DNA of 64,000 bases from the NCBI GenBank assembly GCA_022813865.1, contig JALDZX010000007.1, positions 1-64,000 of the forward strand. The letters are read 5' to 3'. Positions 1-12,900 of the stretch are shown here, piece after piece (position 1 is the first letter of the stretch; every line of letters begins with the position of its first letter). The stretch is from Xylographa opegraphella. Its lineage: Eukaryota. The position numbers and the translations under genes are program-made. Under the pieces are notes generated by a model. The model was not told the DNA's origin. It made no database searches and was given only the letters and a program-made list of their open reading frames with translations.

Positions 1-281
1 GCGCTTTAGTCCCGTTCCGTCTATCACTTGTTAAGGTGCCATGTAACACGCCGTTACAAATATAGTACTCGAATATAAATATAACCCTGAGTATTCGTAT
101 TCGAATATGAATTGTTCCTTTTACATTCGAATATTTTGAATTTACTACAGGGGCGAGGGGCAGATTTTTGTCTTCTTGTTATGCCAAGACCCGAAGTGAT
201 CGTTGCAAATGCGTCTAGCTACCCGGCCATGGAAGTCTGTTCCTACAACGAAAGCACATCACAAAAGTGATCACGGGCTCC

Positions 282-1779
282 ATGGCCGTTGTATTTCCTC
301 ATGGCAAGGCTCTGCTATGCAGACGTGCCGCCTTCGTCTTCGAAACTCCGCTGAGGTCCCGCCCCTTCCGCGCCCCACCCATCCGAAGCTCTCAACGACG
401 GACTCTGCAAACAGAAGCCCACCCGCCGACCAACCACCCCAACAAGCATGATTTCGCCTTCGCATTCGAGTTCGTCCCACCCCCCCCCCTCCTTTTTTCC
501 CCATCCTCTTCCTCTCTCCTTTCCCCCCCCCCCAGAAAACCCCACTAACCCCCCCACCCCCCCCAGCATCGACGGCGTCCTCCTCCGCAGCTCCGCGCCC
601 CTCCCCTCCGCCACGCGCACGCTGCACCACCTGCAGCAGCAGCGCATCCCCTTCGTGCTGCTCACCAACGGCGGCGGCAAGCCCGAGGCGGCGCGCGCGG
701 CCGAGCTGTCGCGCCGCCTGCGCGTCCCGCTCGACGCCGCCGCGCTCGTGCAGAGCCACAGCCCCTTCGCGGACCTCGTGCGCGGCACCGGCGCGCATCC
801 GCCCCTGCGCGACGCGTGCGTGCTCGTCACGGGCGCCGATGGCGAGGCCTGTCGCGGCATTGCGGAGATGTGAGTTTCGCTGCAGCGGGTTCCTGCTTTT
901 CTTCCTCCGTTTCTGTGTGTGTCTGTGAGTGAGCGAGCGAGCCCGAGAGACCTTTGTGCTGAAAACCCCGCCCCCGCCCGCTGCAGGTACGGCTTCACGA
1001 ACGTGATCACTCCCGCCGACATCCTCGCCGCGCACCCGACCATCTGGCCCTTCCGCGCCCCGGCACCCACCCGCACACGGGCCCTCCCGGGCCCCAAAAT
1101 CGACGCCATATTCATCTACAACGACCCGCGCGACTGGGCGCTCGACACGCAACTCATCCTCGACCTGCTCCTCTCGCAGCACGGCCACCTCGGCACCGTC
1201 TCCGCCCGCAACGGCGACCCCGCGCTGCCCAACCGCGGCTACCAGCAGCACGGCCAGCCGGCGCTCTTCTTCTCGAACCCGGACCTGCTCTTCGCCGCCG
1301 CGTGGCCTCGGCCGCGGCTCGGGCAGGGCGCCTTTCAGGCCGCGCTGAGGGGCGTGTGGGCCGCTGTGACGGGGGGCGCGGAGCTGGCGTGCTGGGTGGG
1401 TGGCAAGCCGGGCGGGGGCGCGTTTACGTTTGCGGAGAGGAGGTTGGAGGCGTTGAGGGGGGGGAGCGGGGCGCTGAGGAGGGTGTATATGGTCGGCGGT
1501 ACGTTTTTTGGCAAATCCTGACGAGTGGAAAGCAGGGGGGAGAGTATACGGCGCGGCTGACTGACTGACTGCGTCTGGCCACGCACAGATAACCCGGCGA
1601 GCGATATCCAGGGCGCGAACGACTTCCGTAGCCCGCGCGGCACGCAGTGGCGCTCCATCCTCGTGCGCAGCGGCGTCTATGATGGCGAGGCGCCGCCGGC
1701 GGTGAGGCCCGATGTGGTGGTCGATGGGGTGTGGGAGGCGGTGCGGTGGGCGTTGGAGAGGGAGGGGTGGAGGGCGTAG
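282..1779 (+). CDS. HAD-superfamily subfamily IIA hydrolase, CECR5/HDHD5-like (4 exons)
   Basis: Splicing out intron 470-566 (GTTCGT..CTAAC..CAG) gives motif I FAFAFDIDGVLLR. Later motifs are LLTNGGG, DPRDW, FFSNPDL, RLGQGAF, GKP and YMVGDNPASDIQGAN. Stop TAG at 1777-1779. The Arg-rich N-terminus resembles a mitochondrial presequence. Confidence 0.9.
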
Positions 1780-2678
1780 GGGGGTGGGTGTGTTGTGTAG
1801 TGAACGTGGGCTTGGTCATCTTGATACGGCTCTGTTTCGTGGGGTGGTGGGGATGGGCGGAGCAGCTTACTAGATGGAGAGAGCACCGTTTTCACGCTCC
1901 TGAGTTGATTAGACTACCTCACAGCATCATCGCCACGCATTCAAAGCCAGTATGCAGTATTCTCCACAGTCAAAAAAATCCATTACCCACCAATTCCCCA
2001 CACACCCAACCAACGAGCATCCATCTCCCGCGTTTTGTTGCCTGCGAATGCGGAAATCATGCACGCGCTGCGGTGCAGTGCCGCTGGGAAATCTATCTAC
2101 AAAGCAAAAGAAAGAAAAAACGCTATCCACGAAATCCCTCCTCTCCCTCCGTTCCCAACCCCCTACCAAGTAAGCAAGCATGAAGCAAGATTTCCCATAC
2201 CGCCCACTCCACCATCGAGAGACCATAGCTGCAACCTCACCGCACCGCTAAGCTGTCCATCGAAACGTGTGCCGCGACGCTAAGAGGCTGGTATGTAAGG
2301 CTGAGAAGCGAGCAGAGGGATGGGGTGGTGATGGTGTGAGGCAGGTTGTGAAGAAGATGCTCAGTCGGTGATGTCGGTGATATTGGGGAGTGCTGGAGCT
2401 GGAGCGGTGGTTTTGTGGTCTGCTGGTCGTGGCGATGAGAGATGTGGCGATGGAAAGGGGTGGTTGGCGATGCCGGATATTGGGGCTTTGCGGTCCCGTA
2501 ATGGGCGCCGATGGGTGTGGTCGTGGATATTGCATGGGTTTGTGCGGAAAAAAGTAAAGGGTGGGTGGTGGGAGATGCGGGAGTTGGAAGGGTATCGAGG
2601 CCGAAGAAAGTGTAGATGTGCGACAGACCGACCAGTACTCATCTCCCTCGCCCCATCCGAGCAATCCATCCTCAACAC

Positions 2679-3986
2679 TCACGGCAACACGACCGAACCA
2701 TCCAACCCCCCCCTTAAATCCCCCAAAGCCCCCCCCCCCTCCACAAATTCCCACACCCCACACGAGCGCTCGATATCGCGCTCCACCGCCTCCGAGACCG
2801 GCACGCCCGCCCGCTGCCACGCCTCCCGCTCGAGCGCGATCATCAGATCCTGCAGTTCCTGCGCGTGCAGCTTCCCCGCCGCGGTGCTGCGCCAGCCGAG
2901 GCCCTGGCTGATATAGACGCGCCGCAGGCCGAACAGGATGCCCGGGATGGGCCGGCCGTAGTCGTCGTCGCCCTTGACGATCTCGTCGTAGAGGAAGTCG
3001 CATGTGGGCGCTTGGGTGATGGAGCCCGAGCCGGCGTGGATGGTGAGGTCGGTGAGCGGGAGGGGGGGCGCGTCGGGTTCCTGGTGGGCGGGGCTGAAGA
3101 AGCCGCCGAAGAGGTGGTCGGCGGACACCTGCAGGGTGTGGAGGGCGAGGAAGGTGCGTCGCTCGTCTTGGAGCATGAAGCCGGGTTTGGGGAGGCGGAA
3201 TTGGAGGCTGAGGTTTGTGATCTGGGGGCCGATGTTCTGGATGATGGTGTCGACCGGGTTGGAATACCAGCCCGGAGCGTCGGTAATGGTGAGGGCGGTG
3301 AGCTGGGGAGGCACTTGGTGGAAGAGCGGCATGTAAGCCGGGTGCAGGCTGCAGGCAAACTGGATGTGGCGGAGTGAATGTGGAAGGGCTGGCAGGTCGC
3401 GATCGAAAGGTAGTATATGCGGTGAAGGTATGGGTGAGCAGCGGGGAAGGGCCAAGAAAACCAGATTCCGGAGCGAAGCCAGCGTACGTAGCAAATCCAG
3501 AACAGGCAACGAAGCAGAAATCAGTGACAGATCCAAATGGTTCAGGTACGTGCACTTGGAGAGCGCCGGCAGCGCATTGACGCTTAAAGGGGTTAGCGGG
3601 TATAAAAGTGTTAAGAGAGGTGCAGGAACACACGAGAAGGATGTTTGAGGGGCAATGAAAACTTCCAACGTCTCTTTAACACGGCCAAGAAGGCGACCAG
3701 TGACACTGTTACTGCCCTCGTGCACGAGCTTGCTCAAATCCAGCACTTTCACCAGGGGCGCCGTCGGACTGCGTCGAATATGAAGGTTGATCGACGGGCA
3801 GACGGTCCGGACGAACAGCTGAAAGTTCCGCCCTGCGAGCACGGGGGCACGGTAGAGCTCTCGTATCGCGGCATCGTACCAGAGGCGCGAGACGAGGCAG
3901 AGCGCGTGAAGCGAGGTTTGGGGGCGTGGGTGGCGTCGCGCAACACAAACGACGATGGCTAAGCAGACCTCCAACGGCAGCTCCAT
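2679..3986 (-). CDS. F-box / leucine-rich-repeat protein
   Basis: N-terminal F-box-like MELPLEV..LHALCLVSRLWYDAAIRELY, then LDLSKLVH and LSKCTYLNHLDLS LRR-like segments. Probable 51-nt intron at 3583-3633. Confidence 0.8.
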   Translation of the reverse strand: MELPLEVCLAIVVCVARRHPRPQTSLHALCLVSRLWYDAAIRELYRAPVLAGRNFQLFVRTVCPSINLHIRRSPTAPLVKVLDLSKLVHEGSNSVTGRLLGRVKETLEVFIAPQTSFSCVPAPLLTLLYPLTPLSVNALPALSKCTYLNHLDLSLISASLPVLDLLRTLASLRNLVFLALPRCSPIPSPHILPFDRDLPALPHSLRHIQFACSLHPAYMPLFHQVPPQLTALTITDAPGWYSNPVDTIIQNIGPQITNLSLQFRLPKPGFMLQDERRTFLALHTLQVSADHLFGGFFSPAHQEPDAPPLPLTDLTIHAGSGSITQAPTCDFLYDEIVKGDDDYGRPIPGILFGLRRVYISQGLGWRSTAAGKLHAQELQDLMIALEREAWQRAGVPVSEAVERDIERSCGVWEFVEGGGALGDLRGGLDGSVVLP

Positions 3987-5893
3987 CTCAGCAAGTAGCG
4001 AGTAAGCAAGGAAGCGAGATGTATAAGAGTGATCGTTGCTCGACCGTCAAGAAGTTCGTAACATAAGCGTTTCTTTAGCGTTGATATATTAGCGGCGGCC
4101 CGATTAGGGTTTGATGAAGGCAATGAGACCGTGATTGCGGAGACCGTGATTGCGATACCCGTGCTTCCTGATCAACACCTCTGTTATCACGGTGTCCGTG
4201 CGTTCCGAACAACACCTTGACCTCAGGGGGTGGTCATTCACCGAATAGGCTCGCCCTCGAGCTCTGATTGGGCCCTCCCAAGGTCGATCAGATGAGTATG
4301 CATTGTTCCCAGTGCTGTACAATTGAAGTTATCCTACCGCGAGTATAGTACTATATGACAGCATATGAACCAGCAGAAGCCTCGGCATTGAATTCATATA
4401 TATATATATACCTAAATCGGATCTTATCAACGTAGGGGCTTATTACAAAATGTGCATTTTGTGTGCCACCGGGTACTATATATATAGCAGAATATATTGA
4501 TGATTCGTTACGACAATTCAAGGACGGAGATTTGCAAGAGAATCCGAACTGTGGCGAGCCATGAGTATGCACCGGATGAGCGCCGGGACAATGGAGCAAG
4601 TTCTTACGTGTGAGGTGAATTTGGTTGTCACGAAACGAGGTCGCCCGGGGCGGGAGAGTGGAGTACTTGGGACCACATAATCATGCTAGACTACACTTGG
4701 AAACCTTTTGATAACTCGCTAAAATTCCCTCAAAGAACTGGATCATCTTCATGGTAGAAATTCCAGTCTTCGAAATGAGATTGCGGATACACTACATATC
4801 AGCATCAACCGGCACGACATAGTTCTGCTTGCTACCGTGATGACTGACCGTACTGGCTGTCAGTCACCACCATCAAGGGCATGTCTCACGTTACGCGATT
4901 TCGTCTTCAAGGGGTACCGATCCATTAGAATGCTAACTACCAAAGCAACATCAGTACCGTAAACATCAACGCACCCCGCTCGAGCAGATCCCACAATCGC
5001 AAGCACGCAGAACGACAGGAGGAGATGACAGGCACAGCAACAATACTACCCCGGAAGCGGCCCTTGATCCATCCATAAAGCCAGATAGCAACTAAAGGCG
5101 AAGCGAGCCACCAATGTTCAAATCTACACTGATAGCCATGCAATGTGCGGAGACTTGTAAAAGCTGGCCAGATAGCAGTGTAGCGCAAGAACGCTTGATC
5201 CTCCACTTCCGCAAGCATACTCTTCTTCTCCCCAATCGCTGCATTTCCCATCGTTCCCCTGCTGTGCCGTGCCTAATGAAACTCGTAAATCGGACGGTGA
5301 CTGGGGGAAAAAAAAACAAACAAAAGGAAAACTTGCTGGTGCTAAGGGGGATGGTGAATGGGGATGGGAAGTCATAAAATGTTGGTGAGGAGTGTGCAAT
5401 TTGTAGTACGGCCGTGACAGTGGTGCTACCAGGACAAGACTTCGGTCGATGTTCGCGATGACCGTAATCCACAGCTTCCGGCTACATCAACATCCTCTGC
5501 CCGGTCTAGGTATCTTAGACATCCGTCGAGTGAGCAGAGATTGATCAGCTGGCGGCGCGCCGTTCGTTACCAGGAATTTGAGCATAGATCGTCCATCAGA
5601 GCCATATCGATCGGAAGTGCCTCGGAGAACCGATACGACAGTAGACAGATACCAACCCAAATGAAGCCTGAGTACGAGCCGAACGATACCGAAGCCGAGT
5701 AAGAGGAGATGCAATGAGAAGTCCGAAGCATGATTTCGAACATGAGATAGTCGTGAGTGTCCTTTTCCGTACGCACAGCGGTCGAAGAGACTAGGATGCC
5801 TCAACAGACAAAAGAGGGTAAAACCGAGGCGGCAACAAGTCTTGAACGATCACTCGAAAATGATTGTCCAGGACCCATCACCCCAACAGCTCA

Positions 5894-7679
5894 TCAATAC
5901 CATTGTCCGCCAGCACCAGTCTGATCCTCTCGCTTCGCACGATAGCCACCGTTACCGGATCCCGAATAGCCAGCACCAGCGCCCTTGGAAGCCGAGCGAA
6001 GCCTAGCGACGAAGACTATAGTATTAGTCAGAATTCATCACCTCACTTTCCCTCCACGCCGAGCGATGAACACCAATCAATCACCAAACGCAGAGGAGAA
6101 GAGTTCCTTACAAGGAACCAAGGTTTTGGCATAAAACTCACATCCGATCACTGCCACCCACAGCACGACCTGTGTCCGGAGTTTCGACGCCGGCTGTGGC
6201 ACCGCGTTCGGCGACCTTGCGACGCTGGTTGGAGATTGCACCTGGTTTGCTAGCTGTAGAGGCGTTCTGGGGGGTTGGGGTCAGGCCGGCTGTAGCGGCA
6301 TTCGTACCTGCAGCGTGACGACGAGCTGGCTTCTCGTCCTCCTCCTGATTGGCTGGCTGATTCCCGGCAGCTTGAGCAATAGCCTGAGCGTTCTTCTGAT
6401 ACTTGTACACAGTCCAGTCAAAGACGTAATCATACTGGAAGCCTTCACGAACGAAGAGGTCACGGAAGATCTTGCGTAGATAAGAGTAATCCGGCTTGTC
6501 GTCGAAGCGAAGCGAACGTGTGTAGTTCAAATAGATGGCAAACTCATTGGGAAAACCACGGCAGAGCACCTCCGTCGGTGTGGTCATCTTCTTCTCCATG
6601 ATTCTATCGTACTTCTGCTTCTTGGTTGCAGCCTTCAATCCCTGCCAAGGGAGCGAACCACGACAGAAGTAGAGCATGACATACCCGAGAGATTCCATGT
6701 CATCACGGCGAGATTGCTCTGCATGATGATCAGCATTTGGGATCTCGGGCAATATTCGCTACAACTTACCGACACCCAGATGGGTATTGATACTAGCATA
6801 GCGTGCGGTACCAGTCAAGTTCTTGTTCTCACGGTATGGGATATGGAAGTGAGTCTTCGGGTCACGGTACTTCTTTGCAAGTCCGAAATCAATGACGTTG
6901 ACTTGATTACCACGCTTGCCGATTCCCATCAAGAAGTTGTCTGGCTTGATATCACGATGGATGAAAGATTTGGCATGGATATACTCAATGCGTGAAATGA
7001 GCTGATCGGCCAGAAGCAGCACGGTCTTCAAGGAGAATTTGCGGTTGCAGAAATTGAAAAGATCCTCCAAGCTGGGCCCAAGAAGATCAAGGACCATGGC
7101 GTTGTAGTCACATTCGGTGCCGAACCAACGGACGAATGGGATGCCGACCCCTCCAGCAAGGGATTTGTAGACACGGGCCTCATATTCAAGCTGAGGATGC
7201 TTGGCCTTGACACTTTCAAGCTTGATGGCAATCTCTTCCCCAGAAATGATATTGGTGCCTGGATGTCCGTCAGCGGAATGCTTGTTTTGAGGACTATGAA
7301 AGCTCTGTACCAAGGTAGATATCACCAAAACTCCCACTCCCAATCTTGCGGCCGATACGGTACTTGTTCCCCACACGGAGATCCTATAAAGCCAGATGTT
7401 AGCATGTGACCAGTAAGTCTTGGTGTGGACAAGCTCATAAATGTAGACGTGGACGTTGATGTGTTTGCCACGTAGTCATGATGAATAGGAAAAGATCATG
7501 CAATTTCTGCAACAACGTGGTCCCCCAACATCTACACGAATATCCGCAGCCTTCACGTTGTATCGGTTTTGCATCCGACCAATGTGGGTAGCTGTATTCT
7601 CGACCAAAGGAGAAGGAGAGGGAATATGAACCAGAGGGTTGGACTTTGAAGCAGCGGACGAATTCACCATTGTGGTCAT
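5894..7679 (-). CDS. HRR25: Casein kinase I (Hrr25/Hhp1 type), multi-exon
   Basis: Spliced [71 protein letters not shown]. The last exon ends GQWY* at 5894. Confidence 0.97.
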
Positions 7680-9582
7680 CTTTCCTATCCAGTGACCCCC
7701 TTGGTCACCTGTTCTCTAATCGTGCTTTGTGTTGTAATGAGGAAAAGTCGTGATTACTGGACATGCAACGAAAGTGGCAGGAATATGATTTCCAAGATGT
7801 TGGACGAAGCTGCTGGAAGGCGAGCTGCTCAGGTGTGCTAACCTGTGGTGAGAAAGGTTGAAGTCAGCCTGATGGAAGAAGGTCAATTATTGAGCTCGAG
7901 CCTCCACGGTCAGACAACAGCGGTGAAGCCGTAAGGCTCGGATGGTACGAAATACCACTCCACCGACCGTAGCGGAGGAAGTGAATGATCGGTGACGAGA
8001 AAGTTGAAAGACGAGTGCAGACGATGGGAGTTGATGTGATAGGTTAGTCACGCACCTGCACGATCTTTCGGCTACGGGACGAAGCTGGTCTGGCTGAAAC
8101 CTGCTCTCAGCGGACCGAGCGACGGTCACAACCACGCGTCTACAGTGCGAGGGTTTGATGTGGAAAATTAGAGATTACTGGTATTGTTCGGAAGGGATGG
8201 CTTTCAATGCTGGAGCAGAGAGGACCACAGCGTGGCTTTGGCAAGCTGAAAGCTTGGTGGAGGGAAAGGTTTGGTGGTTGGGTGAGGTGAGGTGCGGGTT
8301 GTGGGTGTCAGCGGGAAGAGGGCTGCACTCTGGTTCTGGTTCGCCAACAAGGCAAAAGAACAGGCAGCGGCCGACTCGGGTTTAGCGGATACGCCCCCCT
8401 TGTGCTTTAGCCTTTCACCGGCCGGACTTCCAAACACAGCCGGGGCCTTGCCCGTTAAAGCGCTCTCAACAACTCGTTACAGTAGTGTGAGTGTAAAGTC
8501 CTCGCTGTAATCTCCTTTGCTCAGGCGAAGCCAGGACTGGACCCACCCCTGCTCGACGGACGACGGACTTAGGTAATCAGCAGGATCTATTTTCTGATGC
8601 GCACATGAACCTCGCCAACGCCTTTAATGCTCCCTCTCGCACCTCCGCCTCGCCTGTCAAATTTAATCCCGCAACAATAAGGACGGAGGATTAGAAGTCA
8701 TCTGGTCACGCGAGATCGGCCTGCAATGGTGACCAGATCCCACCCGACCAATATCATGCGATGAAGCTGTCCCTGCACGCCCACGCCACCGAGTCGCTCA
8801 TCATCTGCGGTGATCATCAAGCTACGGCTAGTATCACTTCTCCAGTATGCTAAGGTGTCTGCGGTAGCCTTTGTGCTTGGGGAAAGCCCAACACCGATTC
8901 CTCTCGTGTCTTCCGCACCGTGGTATCCATCTGCCGTCGATATAATTATTCCGCTACAAGCGATCAATGCCTTCCAAATACTACTACCCTTTGTGTCTCC
9001 CGGTCTCCGCATAACGGTAGCATTGTGGAGTCAACCTTCTTTGGGGCGAGACCGGTCCTCGAAGCTGCCCTTTGTCTTTTAAAGGGACCGCATCAACAGA
9101 TAGAGATATAGTAACCATGAGTGATGCGTAGCAAAGGTAAAAGGCCATTAAAAGCGACCTTTTTATCTATTCGCCTGCGAAATACACCGCCCCCTTTCTC
9201 CGCCCCTCCCCCCCCTCCACCGCACAGCCAAAAGAACCCTCACCAAAACAACCCATCAAATCAGGCAGCCACACATCAATGGCCAGCTCACTTCACTCTG
9301 CACAGCTTCCCTCGCCACCGTCGAACGGAGAAAAATCTTCGTCCGGCCAGCAAATCGCCCGCGCCTGATTGGCCACCCCGCCTGCGCGGTCGCATCATAC
9401 AAAGCGGCAATCTGACAGCTGGCCCCCCGTCCACGCCGCGGACCTATGCTATGAGACGCTCACTCTACAACCGGAAGCTCAACTCGGATCTTCGTCTCGT
9501 CGGCGTCAGGTAGGTAGGTATGAGAGCTGACTTCGATGGCGGGGCGGGGGGGAGTGGTCTTCGAGCCCGTGGGGTGGTGAGA

Positions 9583-9636
9583 TGGGCGTTTCATTGCCGT
9601 GGGCGTTTCATTGCAATGGGCGTTCATTGCCGTGGG
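9583..9636. repeat. Short tandem repeat, about 3 copies of TGGGCGTTTCATTGCCG (16-17 bp)
   Basis: Three near-identical adjacent units read directly from the sequence. Confidence 0.8.
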
Positions 9637-9999
9637 GTGCGCGAGGTGGGGACAGAAATTATCCTGGTGTATCAACTAAAGTATGTAATCGTAGAATACA
9701 TCAAACTGCACTTGGAAAAACGCCCACTCCCCCAGCCAGCAAGTCCGTGATAGTAGTACACCCGACCGACTGGACCGTCGCCAACATCGGAGGAACATGA
9801 ACCCGTATGCACACACGAAACCCCATCCACCTTCCGCTCCACCGCATGTACAACGTCCCGATACTCATTAACAGACCCCCGGTTCAAGAGAACAAGAACC
9901 GCTTCCGCCGAGCGCCGAGTCCTGCCATGCGTGTGTATCGGCTCTTCGCGTCGTCGATCCCTGTGAAAGCCGTGCCCGAGGTGCCCCCTTGCCTCCGCT

Positions 10000-12900
10000 T
10001 CACGCACCTCCCCGAGGGCTGGCGACACGAAAGCCTGCCGGCGCTGCTTCCGTCGGACTTCGGCTGCTTTCCTTGTCACGCTCTTCCGCATCTAGCCTCT
10101 TCCTCCAGTTCGCTAGGCTGTCGCTCAGCTCGACACCTGATCCTGCGGGCGGGGCTCGTTCGAAATCGAACTGGCTGCTGAGCCGGTACGTCCGATGCGT
10201 GCCTTCCCACTGCGTGCGCAAAGTCTCCAGTTCGGAAGCCAAGCTATCGAGTGCGACACTGTTCCGGTCGCCCGGTCCCGCTGTGCTGAAGGCGGAATCT
10301 GCTCCCATGCTGTTACTGTGGGAATGCCCACCGAGATTGATGTTGGAGTTCGTGCTCGTGTTGCGGCTGTGGTTCATGCCGTTCGCTTGCAGTGTTTGCG
10401 ACTGGGACTGCCGTCTGTAGTTGTCGACAGAGGATTCCACTTGGTCGAGCAGGAGTGATACTTTGTTTTCAGCATCGAGCGCTCGTGACTCCAATCGTGA
10501 ATTCTCACTCTTCAATTGTTCCAGGTCTGCTTGCGCTCGTTGGGTGGCATGCGATAGGTGTTGCTGTGCCTGCTCATTACTGACACGGTAATGGTCGCGT
10601 TCCTCTTGAGCAGTGCGAAGCTCGGTCCTGATCTCACGCATCTGTTGCTCCAGTTGCAAGACAGATCCCTTCACACTCTCTTGCATCTCTTCGATCTCCT
10701 GACGCAGTGACTGTCGTTCGTTCTCCCAGTCTGCGGGCGCTTCCGATTCCAGGGACTTGTTGTCGCTCCGAACATTCTTGTCAAGCTCAGCCTGGAGACG
10801 AATGTTGGTCGCTTTCAATTTAGTTAGCTCATCTTTCAGACGCTTGAGCATCTTCTCGGTTCCTTTAACATAGGATACCGCGGACTGGTAATCTTGTTCA
10901 AGCTGCTCAAGCTTATCCCGGTATTCTTTTTCAGCTGCCAATTCTCTTGATTCGAAAGCAGACCTGGTTTCTTGATGTGCACGATTACTCTCCTCAAGTT
11001 TTTGCTCAAGCTCGTGTAAGCGGCTGATGTCCGGAGACCCAAGGCGTTCTGCGGGACTACCCAGATTTCTGTTCCTGTTTTGACCCGCGGCAGTTGAGGG
11101 CCGTTCATCTAACAGCTCTTTCAAAGCACTATGCTGCACAGACATAGCGCTGGCATCTCGCTGATGACTTTCGAGTTGCCGCTTTAACTCGGTATGCTCG
11201 TTTTGGAATGACTGGGCTGTCCGAACTGCTTCTTGCAATTGCTTACGAACGCTTAGGCTCTCGCGACTTGCTTGTTCCTGATACGCTTCCAACCCTGCAA
11301 TCCTCTCTTCGGCTCGCCGAAGTTTCGCAGCGGCATTATCCGTATCTGCTTGACTTTTTTGAACCAAAGAATTAGCTTCCTTGACTTGCTGCTGCAATAT
11401 GGACACACGTTCATCGTCGACTGTCTTGTGGGGATCACCAAGCGACCTTGTATTGATCTTATCGAAACCAGACATGAGAGCATTCCTGTGCGTCTGTGCT
11501 TCGTGTGCATGCTTCTCAGCTAGCTCTTCTGCATCGCGTAATTTTCTTGTTGTACTTTCTAGCTCGGATGTCCGCTCCTCGTGCTCAGATTTGAGCTGTA
11601 AAAGCTTTTGTTGAGCATTCTCGTGATAGCCACGCTCTTCGTCCAGTTTCCGTTCAAGATGTGCAGACTTGGCATTGGAAGCCGCATTTGCATCCCGAAG
11701 AGAGGCAAGCATTGTTAGATGGTTCTTCGATTCCGTAGAGGTGTCATCTAATTGACGTCTAAGATCCTGTAAATCGACTTCCAGCAACTTCGTCTTCGCA
11801 TTCGCTTCTACAAGTTGAGCTGCTTCGTTTCTTGCCGTTCTTTGAGCTTCGTGGAGCTCCGATCGGAGGCTTTCCATTGCACCAGGATCACGAGCTTGTT
11901 CAAGTTCAATCACACGTTGATGAGCTGCTTCGGCAGATACTTCGGCCAATTCTCTTGCCTTTCTCTCGGCTTCCAACTGAACAGCAGTGGCATCTAGTTG
12001 GGATTGTAGTTCCGTCTGAGCGGCGAGAGCAGACCCAAGTCGACGACTCATGTCGGCAGAGCGATCTGGCTCTGCAATATCTCTCGAGGCATCGTCTAGC
12101 TGGGGCGTCCCCGCATGACTACCGCCGTGCGCTGCTAGCTTAGCCTTCGCATATACTGCTTCCTTAATAGCTGCGTCTCGTTGCTGCTCGGCTTCTACGA
12201 CCATCTGCGCAGCTTCCTGAACACGTGATTCAACAGAGTTTTGCACCTCACCCAATTCGGTTCTCATCATTATCAAAGCCTCAATCAAGGGCCTTTCATC
12301 GTCGCCGAAGGATTTGACCGCCTTCTCATCCAAGATTGGACTTTGAGAAGTATGCTGAAGGTATCCGGCCTTGCGTGCGAGCGCAAGTTCAGAAGCATAC
12401 CAGGCATTACGACTTTTAGCAGCATCGAGCTCCATTTTCAATCCCTGCAACTGCCCGTTGTCCCCCGATTGCGACCTTAGGTTCTCGTCCAAATTACTTG
12501 GCAATGCGTTGCCTTGATCAGTCTTGGCCATATAGTATTGCTGCTGTTCTCTATTCTGTGCCTGGCTTGAAGAGGCTTGCCTTGGCTCTTGTAAACCGGC
12601 TTGCTGTGAAGCCTGCAAAGGATTTTGAGTGACTGTTTGGGAAGCTAAGTGGTTTTGCGAGCTGACCAAGTTTGTGCTCGATTTTGGAGATTCATTGTTT
12701 TCAATTTGCGAGTGGTCTGACCTAAAGAGCTGCTGTGTCGGAGCGGGTCGGTTACTTCCGGATAAGTTCGCGGCAGGGCTTATAGCTCGAGTCGAGAGTC
12801 CTCTGGCGTTGTCCTGATCGACTGCTGATATTTCTTGACGATCAGGTGGAGCTGCCCGTGCTGTATCAACGGGTGGACCAAAGCCCCGTGCGTCCTTGGT

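Noticed and set aside
60..140. Repeated TCGAATAT motif at the window start as an element terminus
   Set aside because: It is short, AT-rich and cut by the window edge, and no partner repeat is visible.
271..3633. Long antisense or alternate-frame ORFs (e.g. 271-1251, 2248-3633) as overlapping genes
   Set aside because: They are shadows of GC-rich coding sequence, with low-complexity Pro/Arg/Gly translations.
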